Assembly: GCA_008632985.1 (NCBI GenBank)
Contig: QPGO01000088.1
Coordinates: 248,001 to 312,000 of the forward strand
Length of the DNA: 64,000 nt
Direction: 5' to 3'
DNA from: Psammoneis japonica
Lineage: Eukaryota
Part shown: piece by piece, positions 25,094 to 39,066 of the stretch
Numbering within the stretch: the first letter of the stretch is position 1
How the letters are laid out: each line of letters starts with the position of its first letter
Notes under the pieces: model-generated
What the model was told of the DNA's origin: nothing
Databases searched by the model: none
Seen by the model: the letters and a program-made list of their open reading frames with translations, nothing else
Program-made: the position numbers and the translations under genes

Positions 25094-26460
25094 TTAAAGG
25101 ATTTGAGCGCCTACTTTGGCGACTCCCTCTGCCTTCATAAACTCTTCCCGTAAGCTGTAGATGTATTGCATTACTTCAATCTCGACAGGAGTCATCTTGA
25201 GAGTATTAAAGAAATCGACGTGAAGGACGACTCGTTCTTGTGATGTGTGTGTGTTCATAGTTTCGTGCTCGTATGTCGTATCATACAAGAGACACTCACC
25301 CTCCTCCCAATGCCTAGTTTCAGGTCCCACGCGAATGTACGCGGCGTCGCCTTTTCAGACAAAGAGCAGAAGAATTGTTTAGGAACAAGAAGAAAAAGTT
25401 GAAACCATATTCGTAGAAGTAGAGTTGTCCAAGATTACCTTCCGGGACCTGTATTCCCATTTGGCACGTCAACCACATGTTATTTCCATCTGTATGAAGA
25501 GGAATGCCAGTTTCTGGTTGCTGTCGATTGAACCCTGCTATTCTTCCAGCGAGGGGCACTTCAGAAAAGAGAGAAGGCGTGAGCGTTCTGTCAAGCGAGG
25601 ACCAACAAGGAATGAAAGCATCAAAGAAACGTACCAGTTTCCAAAATCTCAGTTGTTTTGGGACAAAGGTGATATGGAAAATCTGGTATGCGGTGTCCGT
25701 TATAGAAGAGAACGAGTGTTTTCCATCCACTTTCGTAGTTCATGCTTGTGACGGACTGGAAACGATCCTTTCCGCCCTGCTTGATGTCTTCGAGTAAAGC
25801 GTGGTATTCCTCACGAATGGTTTCAAAATTTTCAGTCAGAAGGCGACAGAGATTGAGTTCGTTCGGGTCATGAAAAGGTTTTGTTTCACCAAGGCCAGGC
25901 ATGTAAGCATGGATTTCTTGTTCAGGGCGGTATGGATTTGACACAAGTTCGTCTTCGAAAGGTACATTTGGATCCAACGTATGCCGAACAAAGCCGGCGA
26001 TGCGTGTCAGCTGATCATCTCGCACATTGGAGAAACGAGAACTAATGAGACTAGGCATAAGTTGCCAAAATGGATCAGCATCAGGAGAATTGGCTAGAGG
26101 GGAGTTCTCCACGGCCTGGCCAATGCAAGTTCGTGATGCCGCGGCCGCCAACGAATTCAACATGTCATCCTGTTCAGACTTTACGTACGGTTTGTTCGTT
26201 GAAGCCTGTTTCTTCTTAGCGACCTTCTTGTTCTTCTTCCGACCTGATTTCGACGAATTTGAACCGAAACCCCCACCAGCTCCACTACCGAATCCCTTGG
26301 CGTACAAAGGTGCGAGCGGAAACGAACACGGATTGGAAGATGATGTCCTTGTACTTAATTTGCTAGTGGGCAAGAACGCATGGATGTGACATAGGATTTC
26401 GCAGACAAAAGTCACGCGGCAAAGTAGAACGCAGAAGAATCCTCTACTGAAACGTAACAT
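25094..26460 (-). CDS. Aspartyl/asparaginyl beta-hydroxylase-domain 2OG-Fe(II) oxygenase, probably plastid-targeted
   Basis: Introns 25559-25634 and 25351-25438 give ...CPKTTEILETVPLAGRIAGFNRQQPETGIPLHTDGNN...IRVGPETRHWEEGECLLYDTTYEHET...ERVVLHVDF; presequence ...HIHA|FLP. Confidence 0.85.
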
Positions 26461-26694
26461 GGTTACGAGAGACTATTTCATCCACCTCTTATACTCGAGA
26501 TGTCAACAGCTCAGAGAGTAGAGAGTGACATCGTGCAACCAGAACGGGCCGCGGACGTCCATCGTCTTTTGCTGCGGGCGGACGGCACGGCGGAAGGACT
26601 GGGAATGGGATTGCTAGATACGCACGGTAGGACAGGCGCGAGCTAAGAAAAAACTTACTGGCAGATTCGAAAAATGGAAAGCTCTAAAACTGAT

Positions 26695-27660
26695 CAAGCA
26701 ACTGCTGAAGCTGTGACTTGGACAAGATCTTCATCCATGTCCTGCAATTCTTTGGCTTCCAGTTCTGTGTCCACCAAGAAAACAATCTTGCACCATCATT
26801 TCTCCAGCACCTTGTTGTTGTTGTTGAGCTTCTCCTCCCCGCCCCCCCACTGCAGGGGGTGCTGCACATCTCCACACACGCAACCCAGTGCAAGTGAAAT
26901 GACATGCAATCAATTTGACAAAAGAGATGGCTCATCAAGCTGTGACAGCATGGCTGCAAATGACTCCAGCTCTTGTTTGTTCACGTGTCAGCGCACAGCA
27001 TCCGGCTGGGCTGCCCCTGCCACTCTGCCAGCCGCCAGCAGGCCTGTTCCAGCTCCAGGTGATCCACTTTTCATCACGAGAGAGGCCGATTTTCTGCACA
27101 GTTTGGTGCAGTTGACTCCTTCGGCTTTGATCATTTCAAAAATTGAAAGGTGAGCGCGCACCTGAAAACACATGCAAAGTGCACACTTGCCCTTCGATTT
27201 GGCAAAAAACGGATTTGGAAAAAGTCAATTGCGCCAAATGCACAAATTGCCAAATGATGGGAATCGAACCCGCGCGGAGCACCTGGAGCTGGAACAGGCC
27301 AGCGGCAAAGCCATGTTTTGCATGATCTAATTGCACGTGAAAACAAACATTCACACAAGCAAAGGAACTCAATGCAAGAGCCACTTTTGTCGACAGAAGG
27401 GTGCAGAGATGAGAGCAGGGGGCAGAAGGGGGAGGACAAGAGAAACACACACAGGGGCCGGAGACGAAGCCGAAGTCGCTGAAGCTGAGCATCAAATGAG
27501 CTTCTCAGGAGGAGTGACAGTTTGAGCAGAGTCTGTGGTGAGTCATCTGAAGGTCAATCACGCGGCTGAGTTGACAGAGAGAGCAGGAGAGGAGACAGTG
27601 ATGATGTGGAGGCGAGATGCGATCATGGCGCAACGGCGCAACGAGGAATGCTTTTGCGCG
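26695..27660. repeat. ~1-kb TpA-depleted island (presumed transposon remnant) between two genes
   Basis: Roughly one TA in ~960 bp while CG is partly retained; flanks have normal TA content. Confidence 0.7.
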
Positions 27661-27938
27661 CACGTAAGGAGTCAGTCGCGCGGTCGGAGGGAGAAAACAG
27701 AAATCAAAAATGCGTAGGATTCTACGTGATTCTTTGGTACAGCATTACAAAAAATTGAACTTGTGCTCCGGCCTGTCGTCGCTCGTCGGTTGCCGACCGC
27801 ACAACCTAAACCGACCTGCTGAGCACAACACACGAAACACATCTCGCGGCGCACGCAACACCATCTGTGTAGTAGTTGGCTACATCTCTGTCTTTATAAC
27901 ATCCGAGTGTCTCTTCTCGTCGTATCAGCAGCAACAAC

Positions 27939-28289
27939 ATGGATCTTTCACAGCTCACCCCAGAACAGAAGCAGGCTGTCATGGTACAGGCTCAGCAAAA
28001 AATTAATGAAGAAATCATGCAAGAAATGATGCAGAAAATGACTGAATCATGTTTCCGCAAATGCGCAGGAACCTCTGTAAGTATTTTCGCTTGGATAACC
28101 AATTCAGCCGTTCGACCTCTGATTTTCTCAATCGTGTCGTGATTTCCTTCTTCTTGGCTCTATGTTCAGGGGGACCGATTGGATTCTCGTGAGCAAGCTT
28201 GCATGGCCTCATGCCAGGATCAGTACCTGGAAACACGAGCGCAGGTACAGGAAGCGCTTCAGAAAAGACAAGGAGGTGGCATGAGCTGA
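27939..28289 (+). CDS. Small Tim mitochondrial intermembrane chaperone (Tim8/Tim13-like)
   Basis: Intron 28077-28169; spliced peptide ...MTESCFRKCAGTSGDRLDSREQACMASCQDQYLE has the twin CX3C motif. Confidence 0.9.
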
Positions 28290-28429
28290 GTCCGTAAGAG
28301 AAGCTAGGTCAAAGTCCAACGTAGAATTTCTGCCTCTAAAAAGATTTTAAATGGATTGAGAATGTGCTGTACCGTCGCGCTACTAATATATGGAAGAGAC
28401 TCTTCGCCACAAAGGGATAATATATTTGT

Positions 28430-29716
28430 TCATTCTTTCATTTTCAAAAGGACAAAATTTCCCAAATGTTCTATGCTACACTTCGTCGCAAACATCAGTT
28501 GCGTATCGTCTTCTCCAACGTTGGAAAGATTCACCGGTACACATTTTCCCCGTAACCCGTAGTGTTCAAGCAGTATTCTTCTCAAAAGCGCTTTGCGTCG
28601 CCCTAGTTTGGCTGGGCTGAGAACCAACTTCACATCGTCCACAGACGGAAGTTGACTTATATCTAAATCTGCCTCTATTCTAATCAGCGCATCACGTGGT
28701 GTGCAAGCCGTCGCCAATTGCTGACGCGCAGTTGAAGGCTTTTTGGGTTTGCTCAGCTTTTGCTTTGCTTCTTGGTTGGCCACTCGCTTTTGGTATATCT
28801 TTGCGGCAAGCTCAGCCCGTTTCTGCTGTGCTTCCTTCATGGCTTGCTCTGATGAAGAGAACAAAATGTCTCGAGGCGTCTTTGTCTCCTGCGCTCGTTC
28901 CGTGATTGTGCTGCCATAAAGCGGGGAGTTTCGCTTTTCCTTTCTGTTTCTTGCTTGTTGCTTTTGTACGAGTGATCGTTTCCGATTCGCGTTAACGTAG
29001 GTCCGTATGGCATCTGCTATTTCTTCATTGGACATGCTAGCCAATTCCGGAGACGCCAATACCGACTCCGGTAAGGATTTGATTCGTTGAACCATTTTCT
29101 TCTGCTTTGCCAATTCCTTGGATATTGCTCGGTATTGCTTCGAACCCCATCGTTTTTCATACCACTTGGCCTTCCATTGGGGGTCTTTCCATTTTTTCTG
29201 CTGCGCCAGCGATCGACGTTTGGATCCAACCGGCGGTGCAAGGGGGAATTCAGTAAAGTCATTGCCTAGCGTTGAGGGGGATTCCTCTTCGACCTCTCGA
29301 TCCTCATCCACATCGTGTGTTTCAATACCAATATCTGTCGGAATATCATTTTGCATTAGCCTTTCAGCCTCGTTCACTTCGTCATCTGCTGTAGTCGTCT
29401 CGTTAACGATGTTTTTTCCGGCACTGTTCCAGTAGGCAAGTTCCTCTGGGTCCTCCCAAAAGTAGCCGTAAGTTGAGTCATATTGTGCAGATGATTGAAG
29501 GGCCAATTGTTTTCTTTTCTTTGCTGCTGTCCAAGAATTTATACGATTTCTCCTTTGGAGGTATGCGCGACACGCCAACAATGTTTCTTCGTCGGATATA
29601 GAGTCAAAATCAAACTTTGAGTCGCTTCCATCATCCGCTTCATCGCGAGGATTGATGCCTCTGGTGGTTGCTTTCATTCGAGCATATACTGTGAATTGCG
29701 CACCCCCACCACTCAC
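28430..29716 (-). CDS. Hypothetical basic/coiled-coil protein; start uncertain
   Basis: 428-aa open frame with normal composition; a signal-like MKTNALLLGLTCCVNSFQ lies upstream (from 29799) in another frame. Confidence 0.7.
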   Translation of the reverse strand: MSGGGAQFTVYARMKATTRGINPRDEADDGSDSKFDFDSISDEETLLACRAYLQRRNRINSWTAAKKRKQLALQSSAQYDSTYGYFWEDPEELAYWNSAGKNIVNETTTADDEVNEAERLMQNDIPTDIGIETHDVDEDREVEEESPSTLGNDFTEFPLAPPVGSKRRSLAQQKKWKDPQWKAKWYEKRWGSKQYRAISKELAKQKKMVQRIKSLPESVLASPELASMSNEEIADAIRTYVNANRKRSLVQKQQARNRKEKRNSPLYGSTITERAQETKTPRDILFSSSEQAMKEAQQKRAELAAKIYQKRVANQEAKQKLSKPKKPSTARQQLATACTPRDALIRIEADLDISQLPSVDDVKLVLSPAKLGRRKALLRRILLEHYGLRGKCVPVNLSNVGEDDTQLMFATKCSIEHLGNFVLLKMKE

Positions 29717-30104
29717 GCCAGGCCACGACGAGTTATTTGTAGATGCTGAAACGAGTTAACACAGCATGTCAATCCCAGTAACAATGCGTTTGTTTTCATT
29801 TTCGTTTCTCATTGACCAATCCAGTTGTGTGCGTTGTCGCTGTGCGATTTCACGCCTCAAAACCCTGACCAGGCTCTTATCATAAACTCGGGTATGGCTC
29901 TCATTTTATTTTATTATATATTTATGTACATTGGAAATAGATCATGAGCCACAAACTCGTACATTGTTATGCTGGATGTTCTGATCAGGGGGCTCTCAGC
30001 TACTACGGTGATTATCATTTTCATTCGGCGGCGGCAATGGCATGACTGTAGTCGCTCCATAAGACAAACGAGCTTCGTGAAAGACGTTGTATAACGAGAA
30101 AAAC

Positions 30105-33100
30105 ATGAGTACAAACCCCTTTGATGATGACAACGTCGCTCCCCGATCACGACGAAGCGGTGCGAGTCGATACCGCAGCAGCAACAGTAGCCGTCGCATC
30201 CAAGCGCAAGATACCGGCGAACCTGCTATATGGGCGGCACGCAACGTTGAGTGGCCCATCCCAGTGGCTCTGTCCCTGTCTTCTTTTTCTAAGTTAGTGC
30301 GTGCAAGTCGTCAAGCGGGTGCATCATTGGGTATTGCGTCAGATGCCCTTGCCGTAGACGAGCAAGACGAAGCTGGCGGCGCAGAAACGCAGAACTACAA
30401 CTACGGCTTTGCCGGACTTATGAGTCGTGTTCTTAACACTTCCGGCACCGGATCAGGTACGGGAGGAGACGAGGACGACATTCTGCAGCATGATTTGGAT
30501 GGGGGCTTAGCATCACCTTCGTCCTCTCGGTCAGCTCGACCGCTCCGGCCACCGAGGAATCGATGCGTTGCGGCATCCAACGGGTGGATTATTGCTACTT
30601 TTGAATGCGCACCAACTTCTTCTGGTGGTCCACTCTTACGACTTGTTAGCCGATGGAATGTCCGTAGAGGAAGCTCATCCTCTTCTGGAGACCATTTGAT
30701 TGTCCTACCACCGCCCGTCTTGTCGTCGACGAGACCTACTGCTTCGGCTTCTTCCACGACGTCCCCTCCAACTCCAGCTGAGCTACTGTCGACGCGCATT
30801 GCTCACGTTTTCGTCGATCCTACCGGTTGCCACACCTTGTTGTCTGCCAAGAATGGAGAAGCCTATTATTTACACTCATCATCGCGCACGGTACAAAAAT
30901 TAACCGGCTTTGGTCTTGCTCCGGATGGAAGTCAGAGTGGCAACGAAACTGGAATTTCCGCTACCGCCTGGGCTGCAACGAGAAAAAATGATGAAACAGG
31001 CATGACAGCTGCCCTTCAGACAGGTTTGTCCGCAGGGAGCTATGTGACGGCGGTGGCATGGGACAAGGAAAGGGGTACAGAGGGATCTACGAAAAAGATA
31101 TTGCTGGGCACCAACATTGGAGAATTGTATGAATACTACCTTAACAGTCCCAACCAAAGCAGTGAAGCCGTATCGAAGGCGCCTAGCAACGATGAAGAGG
31201 ACGGCATGGATACAACCAGCGGTGAAGCTATGCCAGTCTTACTACACAAATTGCATTCAGCAGAATCGAGCGCTGCTGAAGCAGAGGTTGCTGCAGTGAC
31301 TGGGTTGTATTTTGAGCGTCTCTCTGCTCCCATGCGGAGCAGTAGTGGCGCAACTGTCCCATCTGCCGGCGGAAATGGCATTTGTGTTTTGGCGGCCACG
31401 AGTGGGCGTAATAAACGTACACGACTCTTCACTTTTTACTCCGCCGCAGGAAGCGGAGGGTTTCGTTCAGTCTTATCGTCGTCGTCATCCGATGCTAACC
31501 AACCGTCGTTGGTGGAATTGCCGGGATCGGTGGATTTTGCTGATTTGAGACTGTGTGGAGACAACTTTGCTCTGCGGACAGCCACGGGTATTTACTACGG
31601 TACTCTTGATCGAGGTCGATCCACCGGTGCCAGTCCATCGGCACTGACTGGGAGCTCCGTTACCGGCGGTGTTATTTGTGATGCGGGAATTCTTCCGTAT
31701 GAGAAAGGCGCTTCAAGCACCGCTTCAATTCCCGTGTCAATTGCTCTGACTCCGCACCATTTAATAACTCTATCAGAATCAAGCGAGGTTCGTTTCATTA
31801 ATCGCGTCGCTCAGAAGGTGATACAGAAGGAACGTGTTGATTGGGTGGCAATGTCCCCGTCTAACTCTGGCGCTGGACCGACCTCAAGTGTGGATGAGAA
31901 TCTCATGGGATTTGGTGAACTCATGATGGATATTCGAAGGCCAGACCAGGTTTGGCTTCGAAAGGCAAGGGCTCTTGTTCACATCTCGTCAAGCTGTGAA
32001 GATCGTGATGTATGGAAATTCACCGTTTCGAAATGCCTTGATTTTCCTCAATCATCTCGAGGAGGCGCTTCTAAGTCGAGGGCCTTTACCGGCAGACCCG
32101 AGATAGTCACTCGGCAACCGTCGTTGACCGGAGTCGCAACGATTCCCGTCTTGACTGAAGAAGAGAAGGTTCAAGAGGCTCTTTTTGAACACGCCAAGAG
32201 TCTGTGTTCTAATACGGTGCAAAAAGCCGTCGTGACGGCGGTGCGGGCCGAGTATCACTTGTCACAAGGGCGTGCCGAGCTTGCTGCCAAATACTTGGCT
32301 CAGTGTCCGCCCACTTTGGCACCTTTTGCAAGCACATCCATCCGTCTGGCACTTCCGATGCTTGGTATCGACGATCCAAAGGGTTATGGATACTCGTCGA
32401 AAGCAAAGAAGAATCTTCACGAAAGTAATCTCGCTCTCATAACGTATCTGGGAGATAAAATGAGGGTTGCCAAAATGAACGACGATAGTGTAGCATGTAC
32501 AATGGTTGGAGCATGGCTGACTGAGTTGTACCTGAACGAGCGTGAGAGCGCTCTTGGAACCGGCTTGGGACAATTTGATGTTCCGGACTCAGACTCGCCA
32601 GCGAGACGGGCCAAGGAGGCATCAAACCATGCAATGCTGGACTCCTTTTTATCGAGCTATGTGGAAAACTTAGATGCCAAGACAATAATGCGGATTTTGA
32701 GTTCGCACGATGTTAGTGCTCCAGAATGTGCTAGCTTCGCAACGGCGAGTGGGGATATTTCTACCGCAGTCAATGCTGCTCTCTGTATTGGATCAGACGA
32801 CACGGTGAGTCGAGAGTAAGCTCGAAACCAAAGATTTGGGACCGGAAATCTAACCTTCTCGTCGCTCCGCTTATCAATGCTGTGTCTTCGCCTTAGACTG
32901 GTGCGCGGGATGCCCTACTTGTTCTGGACGAAGCTCCGTTTGAGATGGCCGAGCCTTTTTACTATCGCCATGCTGTAAAATTGCTCTGCCGGGCACCTAT
33001 TCAAGCCTCTAAAAGTTTCCTTGAACGCTATCTGGAAGGTCTTAGCCCGACAAAACTGCTACCGTCCATCATGACTTACGAGAGGAAACGAGCTGAGTAT

Positions 33101-34502
33101 GAAAAACAAGGGGACTCCAACGGTGATGGTAACATTGACAAGTTCAACACCAAGAGATCTCGGGATGAGGTTACGACAGTGAACGTGGAACGAGACTCTC
33201 GTGGTGTGGAAGTGCACATTTCCAGTCCAGATTTATCCCTCTCAGGATCGTTTGTAAACGATGACAGTGCGTCTACAAAGTACTTGGAGGGTGTCATCGA
33301 GCTTGGCTGTCGGAGTACAGCCATTTTCAATTATCTGATCTCTCTCTACGCCGCGATGGTTGAAGAAGAAACACTTTTTCGATTCTTGTCAATTCATGTT
33401 CCCGCGTCAGCCACCGTGGCTGACGCCACAAGAAGGACGCTTCTGTCGAGAGATGGGAGGAGCGCCACTGGAGACGACATCCTCTCCGCCCCACTCGACA
33501 TGTCCTATGCCCTCCGAACAATTCTGGCGACAGGAAGGCATTATCGGTCAGCCATTAAGCTGTATATGGGTTTTGGAATGCGTCAGCAAGCGATTGAACT
33601 GGCACTGAAGGTTGATCCAAACTTGGCTCGAGAGCTGGCTCGGGATGCAGTAGGGGCGGAAGAAAGAAAGCGGCTATGGCTCATGATTGCACGAAATGCT
33701 GCTGCCGAAGGCGGAGGAGACAAGGACGTGGTCGACAAAGTCGTATCCGTTCTAAAGGATTGTGGCCCCAACATCCTCACAATTGAAGATGTTCTTCCAT
33801 TTCTGTAAGCGTTCTCCGTGTCCATGTGTCGTGTTTACTCTATCGTAGACCGCCAGCCTAACTCGCTCTTTCACTTCGTTTCTTTACCTACAAAACCCTT
33901 GCAGGCCGGACTTTGCACAAATCGACCAGATAAAGGATGAAATTAGCGATGCTCTTACGGCTTATTCTTCCAAGATTGAAGGCTTGTTGAACGAAATGCA
34001 AGACGGGGACCAGACGTGCGATGCTCTCAGGGACGAAATTTCCCGTCTGAGTTCACACAGAATGCAGATGAAGTCAGATGCTCGTTGCGCTCTGACGAAC
34101 AAGATAGTGCTGGATGCAGCAGAGCCTTTTTATGTGTTTCCCTCCGGATACGTAGTTTTGGAGAGTGCGTTAAAAGAAGAAGTAATGCCTTATCTCACGG
34201 ACAAGCAACAAGCACGCGTAGAAGAAATTGTCAAGCAACTGCAGCGTTTGCGTTTGAACGGCGAAAAGTCGTCAAGCGAAGTCTCGACGGGTGATGAACC
34301 ACGAATTGACGAGCTTCAATTTGAACTAGATGGTCTTATTGGCGCAGAATGTCCCTTAACTGGATCAATCATGGTTGACAGTATTGATGTCGGTTTTGAA
34401 GCTAGTATGGATGAAGACGACGGGATTTGGGAGAGTCAACCTGTTGTTCAAGCAACTTCTTCCGGCACACTCGAAGCAGAACGCGACTCGTATCATACGT
34501 AG
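30105..34502 (+). CDS. VPS18: Vacuolar protein sorting 18 (Pep3/deep orange), HOPS/CORVET core subunit
   Basis: HVFVDPTGCHTLL, VTAVAWD...STKKILLGT, IALTPHH, EDRDVWK, WLTELYL, RKRLWLMIA, LTIEDVLPFLPDF, FYVFPSG, IGAECPLTGSIMVDSID; introns 32805-32896 and 33805-33904. Confidence 0.93.
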
Positions 34503-34598
34503 TGGGTGCACGGAAGCACAATTCTTATAGATGTTGAACAGCCTTGTCAAATATCGCAGAGATGCTTCTCATCAGTGTTACAAGGGACTGATCAGGTT

Positions 34599-37500
34599 TC
34601 ACAGCTCCTCGGGGTACCACGCGTCGTTGGTCAAAGCAGAAACTGTGGCTTTGGCAGCAGCCGGTGTTCCAAACAGCGAATCAAGCGAAGATTTATCATC
34701 ACCTCTTACTTCCAACGTACATTGCTTGATTGTAGCCGTTTCGTCACGTGAGACGTTCAGATCATCTCCAGACATCACACACATAATTCTCCCGCCCCAG
34801 AAGGACATAAACGCCCATCCCTTCATGTTGGCGTCGCCTAGTCCAGTATGCATCAACGACAACCGTGACACGGCTCGCTCAAGCTCATTCGTAGTTTCGC
34901 CCACCTTGATCTCGGTCGACCTGTTGCCATGCAACGATAGCGGCGGGATCCTGTACGGCATGTTGAACCAGAGAAAGCGAAAGGTGTTAACATCACCACA
35001 TCCATCCCGGAAGAATATGAGTGGGCAAGGCTGGAGAACAGTGAAGGGAGAAAGAGTCATTTCCCGTGCTTCCATAGTGACGTCCTCGTATTCATTTACG
35101 TCCTCATTTTCGAAGTTGCCCGACGCAGAAAAATCGTCGTCGTCGCCGGTGCCGTCGTAATCACCTTCATTTAATAATGCTGAGGGGGGACGGAGAACCT
35201 TCTTCGAAAGCTGTTCCACCTCCATGTGTCGAAAGTGATCGAAGGCTGCAAAGTAATGGATCCCTTTCTTGGCAGCTCGTTGAGGGAATGTTCCCATGTC
35301 AAAAAGTCACCGCTTCTATTTCTTGCCGGTAGACAGCGCTTGCAGGTGCAATCAAACAATGATCTTCTTCATCGTCTCTGTCATCCCTTTTGAACAACAT
35401 GCTTCCGTTTCCTTGACGACAAGATTGCTGAATTGGTCGCGGCTGCCATTTACTTCAGTTTGTCGGACTCTAAGACTCATTCGGACACCATGGGGAATCT
35501 CGACCGGTGTAACGTTATGAAGCCTCCACGCAAGGGTCAATTTATAGTCAGTCTCTCCGTCGCACTGTGGATACCGTCGTATTGCATGAGCCACGGTTAC
35601 AAATATCGGGTCACAACACGAAGACGCTGTAGCTGTTGTACTGCTCCAGCATAGCCGGCGTCCGGCGTTGATGACTTTGTTGATAAACCGAGAGGGCGTT
35701 AGTGGCGGAACACCCAGACGGAGCCAATTTTGTGGCCTTGTTCGGACAGGAATATGTTCCTGAACTAGCCGTTGAAAACATGAATCATTGTACTTGTCGG
35801 CATGGTCAGATGACATTAAGCCTGCATCAATCCGCGATAGAATTGCCTGTTGACAGTGCGTTGCAAAAAATGCGTTGTCGAAATGATTTTCGGCCTGTTC
35901 TAGCTTCGGCTGATGAATTACGCTGGAAAGAAGGGGCAAAACCATCATTCTCTTTTGGGTGCGTGTGGAACTCAGATCATTCCAGTTGTCTACTGCCGCC
36001 CCATCACAAGGACCGAGAACAATGAAGGCTGGCCGGCCACTCCCCACGACGCATCGTCATCTCGGGGGACTTCGCTGTTTATAGATTGGATACGATGCAA
36101 AGCCTTCGAGCATTGAGGAAGCATAGGGCTGTCGTCAACTATTTCTTCGATGCTTCTATCCTCTGAAACGGGACTAGTAAACTCGTCGTCTTTCACGTGC
36201 TTTCCCTGTAACGCGGCTTCGGCGAGAGATATTAGGTATTCTGAATCTTCGACGACATCTTGAACCATGGGATCATGCCTTGTTCCAGGTGACGACATTG
36301 ACGGCTGCATAGCCCCGTATCGCCGCTTGCAGTCGCACGCGGCAAGCGCTATGTTCTCTATACAGGCGACGCATACTAAAAGGTAATCCTGGCTCGACTG
36401 CCTGGCGCTATTTCTGTCTGAGCTCCTGTTCTGAGCGATTTCTTGTACAATGATTTCCTTTTTCAGCAAAGACATCTCGATTGTCAAGTCCGAGAGAATG
36501 GCTCTAGCGTTCAGTACATTAATGTTTGAGCTTCCATGGCTGGCGCTGCTCTCGCTGTTCAGGTTGTTTTCGGTAGTGGGCAATGACGCGTTACACAGCT
36601 GTTGAACCCAATGATCAGTCAAGAGCGCCAACAGCACCATCCGCAAGTGTCGTGACGGCAGCCCTTCTCGAAGCTTGTATTCCAAAAACTGATCCGCCAA
36701 CGTGATTAAATGTTCAAGTGCAAAGCTAAACGTTGGAGCCGGCAGAAAATTCAGCAACGACAGAGTAGCTTCGCCCAGTTGCTCCAATAGAAGAGCGCCA
36801 GGCGGTGTTGCCAGGGGCACGAGATTAAAAGAAACAGATGATCCAGGCGAAATCAATCCAGCAGTATAGGTACATTCCTGAAAGAGGCGGAGATAGGCTG
36901 TCTGAGCTGCGAACTTGACATTAAAGATGTAGGGAGGGTCCTTGTTCAGATTGGCTGTCTTCCAGTTGAGGCAAGAAGAAAACGATTTCAAAACAGCGAG
37001 AGAACAGCGGAGCCACTCTCCTAGCTTTTTGTCCACATCCGGGCCGTGCCGTGGACTGGACGCATGTCTGTTGGGAATCATGACGCACCGCCCCATCTCG
37101 GAAGCAACCATGCAAAAGGCGAGAACTAGCTCCTCCGCGACATGAACGTCAACAACATCATCAAATGATGACCCCTTGTCGTTTGACTTATCATCGCTCG
37201 CAATCTTTTTCCTGTTGGACCGTGAAGACAAAATTGAATTGACGGTTGAGCTTATCAGAAAAAGACCAATGGCCTTTGATCGCTCGTGGGGGGCAGAAGG
37301 ATCCTCCGGTCCGTCCACAAAGAGCGACAACGCGATATCTGCCAAGAATCCTATTCGTGCTGGACGGTGGAAAACGGTACCACCTTTACTTCGTTGTCTG
37401 ATACCAGGCGATGAAGACCCCACAGAAACAATACATGTTGAAGCAAGCTGTCGTACTGCGTCGGTAACAAGCTCAAGGTAACCCACTCGTTCCACGACGA

Positions 37501-38800
37501 CAAGTTGGCGAAGCGCCACCAACAGGGCCGCAGCTGTGTGGCTCTTGCGAGCAGTAGCAACATGGGAAACCGATAATTGATCTGCAAAGATTCCAATGGC
37601 GTTCGGGACACCTCTAGTACCCACGCGGCGTTAGGGCAAGCATGCGCTAGTCGGATGCAACTCATCGCCGCCTCATACGAGGATTGACAGTCCAGGGATG
37701 ACATGATGATTGGATTCAGGATATTGTAGACAACCTCGTTCACCATTCCAACGGCATCAAACTCCATCCATCGTTTGGCATAGCTTGATCGGTCCATTCC
37801 TATGGTAGCAGCGACATTGGTCTTTACAGCGTGAATGAGACACGCTGTCACAAAGGGCAGTGTCCTTGTGACTTGGTGTAGAGACTCGTAAGTCGAAATA
37901 CGAGAAATTAATCGAAACAATCTCGGCATCATAGTATTCTCATAGACACTGATCTGCAGTTCTGACTGAGGAACAGAAATATCTTCATCCGACAGAGCCA
38001 TGATGGAAGGAGCATATGGTGATGGTCGGGAATGAATAATCGCTTCTATTTCTCTTTGCAGCTCATCGTCGGCCATAGATCCCGCGGTTGCCACAGTCGA
38101 CAGGGTGAGCATACCCAAAGCTTCTACAGCACTCGCCGACACAGAACAATCAACATCATCTAACGCAATCTTTGCCAGAGTTACAGCAACGTCCGTCGCA
38201 ACTTCATCTTGTATTTGACTCAACGTCGCATCCCTCATTGTGAAGAGCATCGGTGAATGTCGAATACGAGCATAAGCCGACCGCCCAACTTGAGCTACAG
38301 TTAGACATGCTAGTATACGACATCGCGCATCTTCATGATTCTGTGCACAATGCTGCAGCGCCGCTAGAATAGTACAAGTCGCTTCTGCAAAGGAGCCATC
38401 GTGAATGATGGAAGAATAGCTGCTCGTCTCGCTATCGCTCATAGAGTCCGCATGGTCGTGACCAGCATATTGATTAAGACAAAAACAAGATTTTTCTACC
38501 GCAGTGTAAGATGATGTATCGTCCTGCAGTGGCTTGAGATGCTTTAGTGCATCAATTGGATGCTCGGGATAGGTCAAAGAAACTCGTGCCCGTGCCGGGC
38601 AGAAGGTTTGGATCTCGGTTTCGCATTCTTGCGCTTGGGTGACGAAAGCCTTTTTGATTCTCCCAACGGGGACAACATCTTTTGTCGTCACTTGAGGCTT
38701 CCGTGAGAGTTTGGTCTGCGTCGAAACTGCGAGGCAATGTTATCAGAACATCATGCAAAGCTCGATCCGATGGGTTGTGGTACTTCGTGTTGTGTCTTTG
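34599..38800 (-). CDS. Large alpha-solenoid plus appendage protein, TPLATE/beta-adaptin-like; split by several 1-nt frameshifts
   Basis: Consecutive ORFs 37351-38691, 35990-37624, 35352-36047, 35171-35359, 34599-35297 read as one protein if single bases are restored; HEAT-like helical N-terminal part; SCCDPIFVTVAH...LHNVT and FRFLWFNMP...SFWGGRIMCVM in the C-terminal part. Start uncertain. Confidence 0.6.
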
Positions 38801-39066
38801 TGTTTTTTCTCTGGCGTTGGTGTCTGGTGTCGCATCCCGGTTCGTCGATAGGCGCAATTGCTTTAATATCTAGTACAATATCAAGCAGGTTTCTACATAC
38901 GCATTTATCTGTACATATGTATGGAGTCATCCGTTAAGCATGCCAGATGCCAGCCAGCAACAACGATCAAAAACGACGAGCAACCAAGACACAAACCAAA
39001 CATACCGTTCCGCTCGACCTGTAAGAGCTTTGTGTTAGCCTTCAATCATTGATCAAAATGACACTC

